Assembly (NCBI GenBank): GCA_030390025.1
Contig: CM059448.1
Span: 12,586,001-12,650,000 of the forward strand
DNA from: Squalus acanthias
Taxonomy: Eukaryota
Direction: 5' to 3'
Length of the DNA: 64,000 nt
Under the pieces are notes generated by a model that worked only from the letters and a program-made list of their open reading frames with translations, did not search any database and was not told the origin of the DNA. Every line of letters starts with the position of its first letter. Within the stretch, counting starts at the first letter, position 1. Position numbers and translations under genes: made by a program. This document shows, piece by piece, positions 60,200 through 64,000 of the stretch.

Positions 60200-61084
60200 G
60201 TTGGTCCCCTTCATTTGTTAGCCCAAAAGAACGGCGCTCAGATTCTTGGGGTGAATGATGCTGACGCTAACACCGTCCAAATGATTTTCAGTTATTTGAT
60301 GCCTTCTCTTCAGATACATGGAATCATTTCATGGTTGCCGGAATGAACCAGATGGCGCTCTTCAGAAAAGGCTCGAGTTCAACTTGGCCTTGAGTGAAAT
60401 ATAGATTGCAAGAGAAATGTCATTTAGAAAACAAAATGCTCGCTCTGGTAGAAGTCGGTGTTCTATAGCTCCTCAGATGGTGCAGATCAGTCAGACCCAG
60501 GATCAATCCTTGGCCTGTGTTGTTACCTAATTAGAGGACGTCAATTGACATTGGAGCGTCTGGGCTGAAGTGGGGGGGAGGTGAAGTATCCGGGGTTCCC
60601 TCTCCTGATTGGCTCCTACTGAGAGATGAGTTTGTGGACGTCGGGTCAAGGCAGGCTGTGATGCCCTTCATGGTCGACTAGGCTGTCAACACTCCTTGTC
60701 CAGATTCACACATGAAACGGCCACTTGGGTGAGGTACTGAGGAGCTGCCTGGAGAGGAAGAGAGAGAATAGAAGAGTAGATAGTTCTCGGGGGCCATAAT
60801 GACGCACTCGTGCTGTGTGTGATGGACTGAGGGGGGACAGGGAATCATGACATTGGCCATACTGAGTCCCCAGTCTCAAGACGGACCAGCAGGACATGCT
60901 GTAGAGGCAGGACACTGCCCCTGCCTGTACCCAGGGAATAAGCAGCAGAAGTAGGAGTGCACGTCACTTGCTCTGGTAGTGGTACAGGTTAGTATGTAGA
61001 TCAATAGCTGTATAGAGGGGTGGGGGGGGGGATAATAATTTATAATTGATTTAGCCTGATTTTTGTGTTTAATCTTTTGAACAG

Positions 61085-61240
61085 AACCACCAGTATCAGT
61101 GCCCACGGTACCCGGTAGCCTGCCCCAACCAATGCGGAGTGTCAAACATTGCCAGGGAAGATCTTGCCAAGCACCTGAAAGACAACTGCAACACAGCCAT
61201 GGTACTTTGCCCCTTCAAAGATGCAGGCTGCAAACACAGG
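61085..61240 (+). CDS. TRAF4: TRAF4 exon 6 (last zinc finger), NHQYQCPRYPVACPNQCGVSNIAREDLAKHLKDNCNTAMVLCPFKDAGCKHR
   Basis: GAACAG acceptor, GTAAGA donor, 156 nt. Matches human SHQYQCPRLPVACPNQCG...VLCPFKDSGCKHR. Confidence 0.97.
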
Positions 61241-62959
61241 GTAAGAACTAAAGTGAACCTTGGATTTCAGGGCCTACAAACATTTTGGACGTTACCAACC
61301 ATGGCAGAAGCTTTTCTCTCTCAAGAATGTATATACAATTTGCCATTGCTGGAGACACTTTCTTACTCATATCTGTCACCAGACACATTTCAGCTTTTGC
61401 TCCCACTTATCTGCGTGAGCAGAAGCTATTTTGTGACTGGTAGTTTTTTTTTTTTAACATGGCCTTTGCTATAATTAAATGGAGATGAACAATTTCTGTT
61501 TGAAACCAGATAACTCCAACCTTCAATTCCCCAAAATACATCAGTGATCCAATTACAGCTTTTTTAATAAAAAGTTAATTCTTTTTGTGCTCATTAAGTT
61601 AGACTCTATTAATGCTGCGGAATTGAACGGTCTCCATGTTGGATACCCTAACCCCGAGTTGTTCCTCTGTCTCCCCCACCCACAATCCCTCAGCCCAGCG
61701 CAAGTATGCTTTCCGTGGGCACCTGACTAGATCTCCAATATCCCCAGCTATATGTCTGGGTTTGGTTTGTGCAGGGGGAGAGGGGGATAGGGCGTTGTGG
61801 TGGGGGGCGGGGGGGAGATGGGTGCTACTGCTGGTCTTAAGGCTTGTGGCAACGCTGTTTCCTTGGGTCCTTTTGACCAGCGGACAGCTGGCTCCACCCC
61901 CTACATAGACTTACGGCCAGGGAAGTCCATTTATTTCAGTTGCTGGCTGCCCCCGTACAGATCGTCCAATCTAGAAAGGCTGCCATGTAGCCGCTGAAGC
62001 CCAGTTTTTGGGTTTTCCTCCGGCCGGGGGGTGGGGGGATGTGCTCAGTGGATTCTCGGCAAAGTGACGCGTGACTTCTGATGTCACTCCCGTGCCTATT
62101 CGCGTTGTAGTAAAATGCTGTTTTTTGGATGGGAGCTTCCTGCCCGCGCCAGGGACGCCCAAGTGTCAAGTACAAAATGGGCAGAGACTCTGCTGTCGTT
62201 AACGGTCTCTGCCCCTTTTCATTCTCCTAGCGCTTCAAACTGGGGGGTGGGGGAGCTGTTGGGCAGAGGAAAAATTTGATTTGCCTCGACCCCCAAGTAT
62301 CTGCATCGAGCAGATAGCGTTGCAATCAGTTACCTTTTTATGTAAAGAAAATCACCACTTTTTTTTTGCAAGTGCTTTGTCATAAGAATTCTTGTGTTTT
62401 CAATATGTTCACGAGCTGAAATTCTGTTCAACTCCGGGCTGCAACATCGTCAAGGTTACGCAGTCTGAAACTGTTAATTTATGTGGTGGACATTTTTTAT
62501 AAGTGCTGCTCAAGTGAACACGACCTGCACTCAGTCATGTGTGTAATGGGGTTGTCAAAGTTCACAGCTGACTGCACGAGAGGAAAAGCTTCTGATAACT
62601 TGTCTTGATAAACTAAGGATGGTGGGGTGGCGGGGGGGCTGCTCATTGATGTTATAAAATCCAGTGCCTCCTGACCAGAGGGGCATGGACAAGTGACACT
62701 GAGAGTCATGAGTCTCCAATCACAGATCAGTGTTCCAATTAACAGAATAAAGGAAGACATGGATTCTGTGTCAGTGGCTCAGTGTTAACGTTTCTCTGCG
62801 TTAGTGTTGAAAATGGAATATTGATTTCTCAGTCCTAGATGTTAGTACAAGTATTGGACTTGAGCTGTATGCATGGTGTTGCAACCAAAAGAAGAATTGC
62901 ATTAAAGATTTTCTTTATATTTTTTTAAATGACAGCAGGAAAGTGATACTTAAAAGTAT

Positions 62960-63488
62960 TCATAGAATCTTAGAAAGTTACAGCACGGAAGGAGGCCATT
63001 TCAGCCCAAAGAGCTATCCAGCCTAATCCCACTTCCCAGCTCTTGGTCCGTAGCCCTGCAGGTTAGAGCATCCCAAGTGCACATCCAAGTACTTTTTAAA
63101 TGTGGTTAGGGTTCCTGCCTCTACCACCCTTTCAGGCAGTGAGTTCCAGACCCCCACAACCCTCTGGGTGAAGAAATTTCCCCTCAAATCCCCTCTAAAC
63201 ATTCCCCCAATTACTTTAAATCTGTGCCCCCTGCTTTTTGACCCCTCTGCTAAGAGAAATAGGTCCTTTCTTTTTACTTTATCTAGGCCCCTCATAATTT
63301 TATACACCTCAATAAGGTCTCCCCTCAGCCTCCTCTGTTCCAAGGAAAACAGACCCAGCCTATCCAGTCTTTCCTCATAGCTAAGATTCTCTACTCCTGG
63401 CAACATCCTTGTAAATCTCCTCTGTACCCTCTCTAGTGCAATCACATCTTTCCTGTAATGTGGTGACCAGAACTGCACGCAGTATTCT
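62960..63488 (-). mobile_element. CR1 LINE 3' part with open RT C-terminal frame
   Basis: ORF 63023..63478(-) QFWSPHYRKDVIALERVQRRFTRMLPG...RRLRGDLIEVYKIM...FFTQRVVGVWNSLP, followed by the 3' tail ttctaagattctatga. Confidence 0.93.
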
Positions 63489-64000
63489 GCATTTCCAGTT
63501 GCTGAATAGGGAGGGGTGCTTCACTTAAAATTATTCAACATTTATAAATGAGCTTTAAGTAAGAGATTCCCCTATGATTTGGTTGGTAAGTGTCCTACCC
63601 AGTGTGGAACCGAACCAGACAGACCAGGTTTGATCCCTGAGCTACATTACGTTAGCTGATCTCAGCCAAGGCTACAACTGGCCCAGCTCTCCTGATCAGG
63701 CTTTGATTATCATCCAGGAACCCCTCCTGTTACTGTTAGCTGGACCTATGGGGAGAGAGTGCACTCTCTGTTGAGAAAATGGACTCTGCATGTCTAGAAT
63801 CTCAATGGCTTGTTATGAAAACTCTTCCACATGGTGATTAGTTTCTACAGGTGTCAGATATCCTACTGCGCTCCCCCTCCCCAAACCCTCCCAAAGAAAA
63901 TTGCTGGAAAATGCTTGCTGGATCAGAAGAACTATATCCTAGCAACAAGCAATAACCTCCTGGAAATGAGGGGAGAAAGCTGGAGGGAATAATGGTTGTC

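Noticed and set aside
61241-64000. TRAF4 exon 7 (coiled coil and MATH domain)
   Set aside because: No CPK..M.RH or LIWKI-like frame was found. The exon presumably lies beyond the window end.

Overview
Vertebrate genomic DNA, almost certainly shark/elasmobranch, judged from HE1/V-SINE, SacSINE1-like DeuSINE and shark-type CR1, L2 and Penelope repeats. The window lies inside the TRAF4 gene (+ strand). Five internal coding exons (2-6) are present with canonical AG/GT boundaries and the exon sizes expected from aligning to human TRAF4 (52, 105, 162, 162, 156 nt). Exon 1 (RING start) and exon 7 (TRAF/MATH domain) were not found, so intron 1 is apparently >39.5 kb and intron 2 is 16.6 kb. The introns are full of transposon relics. 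The most interesting signal is two families of short Penelope-like (PLE) insertions that carry minimal type-I hammerhead ribozyme motifs, often as inverted (hairpin) pairs with target-site duplications (TSDs). One of them sits in a three-level nest (L2 LINE > PLE hairpin > CpG-rich pogo/Tigger-like MITE), where the opposite arm preserves the empty site. There are also several hAT MITEs with TSDs, a multi-level CR1/SINE nest, an RTE LINE 3' part, a templated inverted insertion and a perfect 18-bp polypyrimidine minisatellite. Nearly all other ORFs in the track are repeat-derived or noise. No prokaryotic features (CRISPR, rRNA, operons) were seen. Repeat family names come from recall of consensus sequences, not from database searches.
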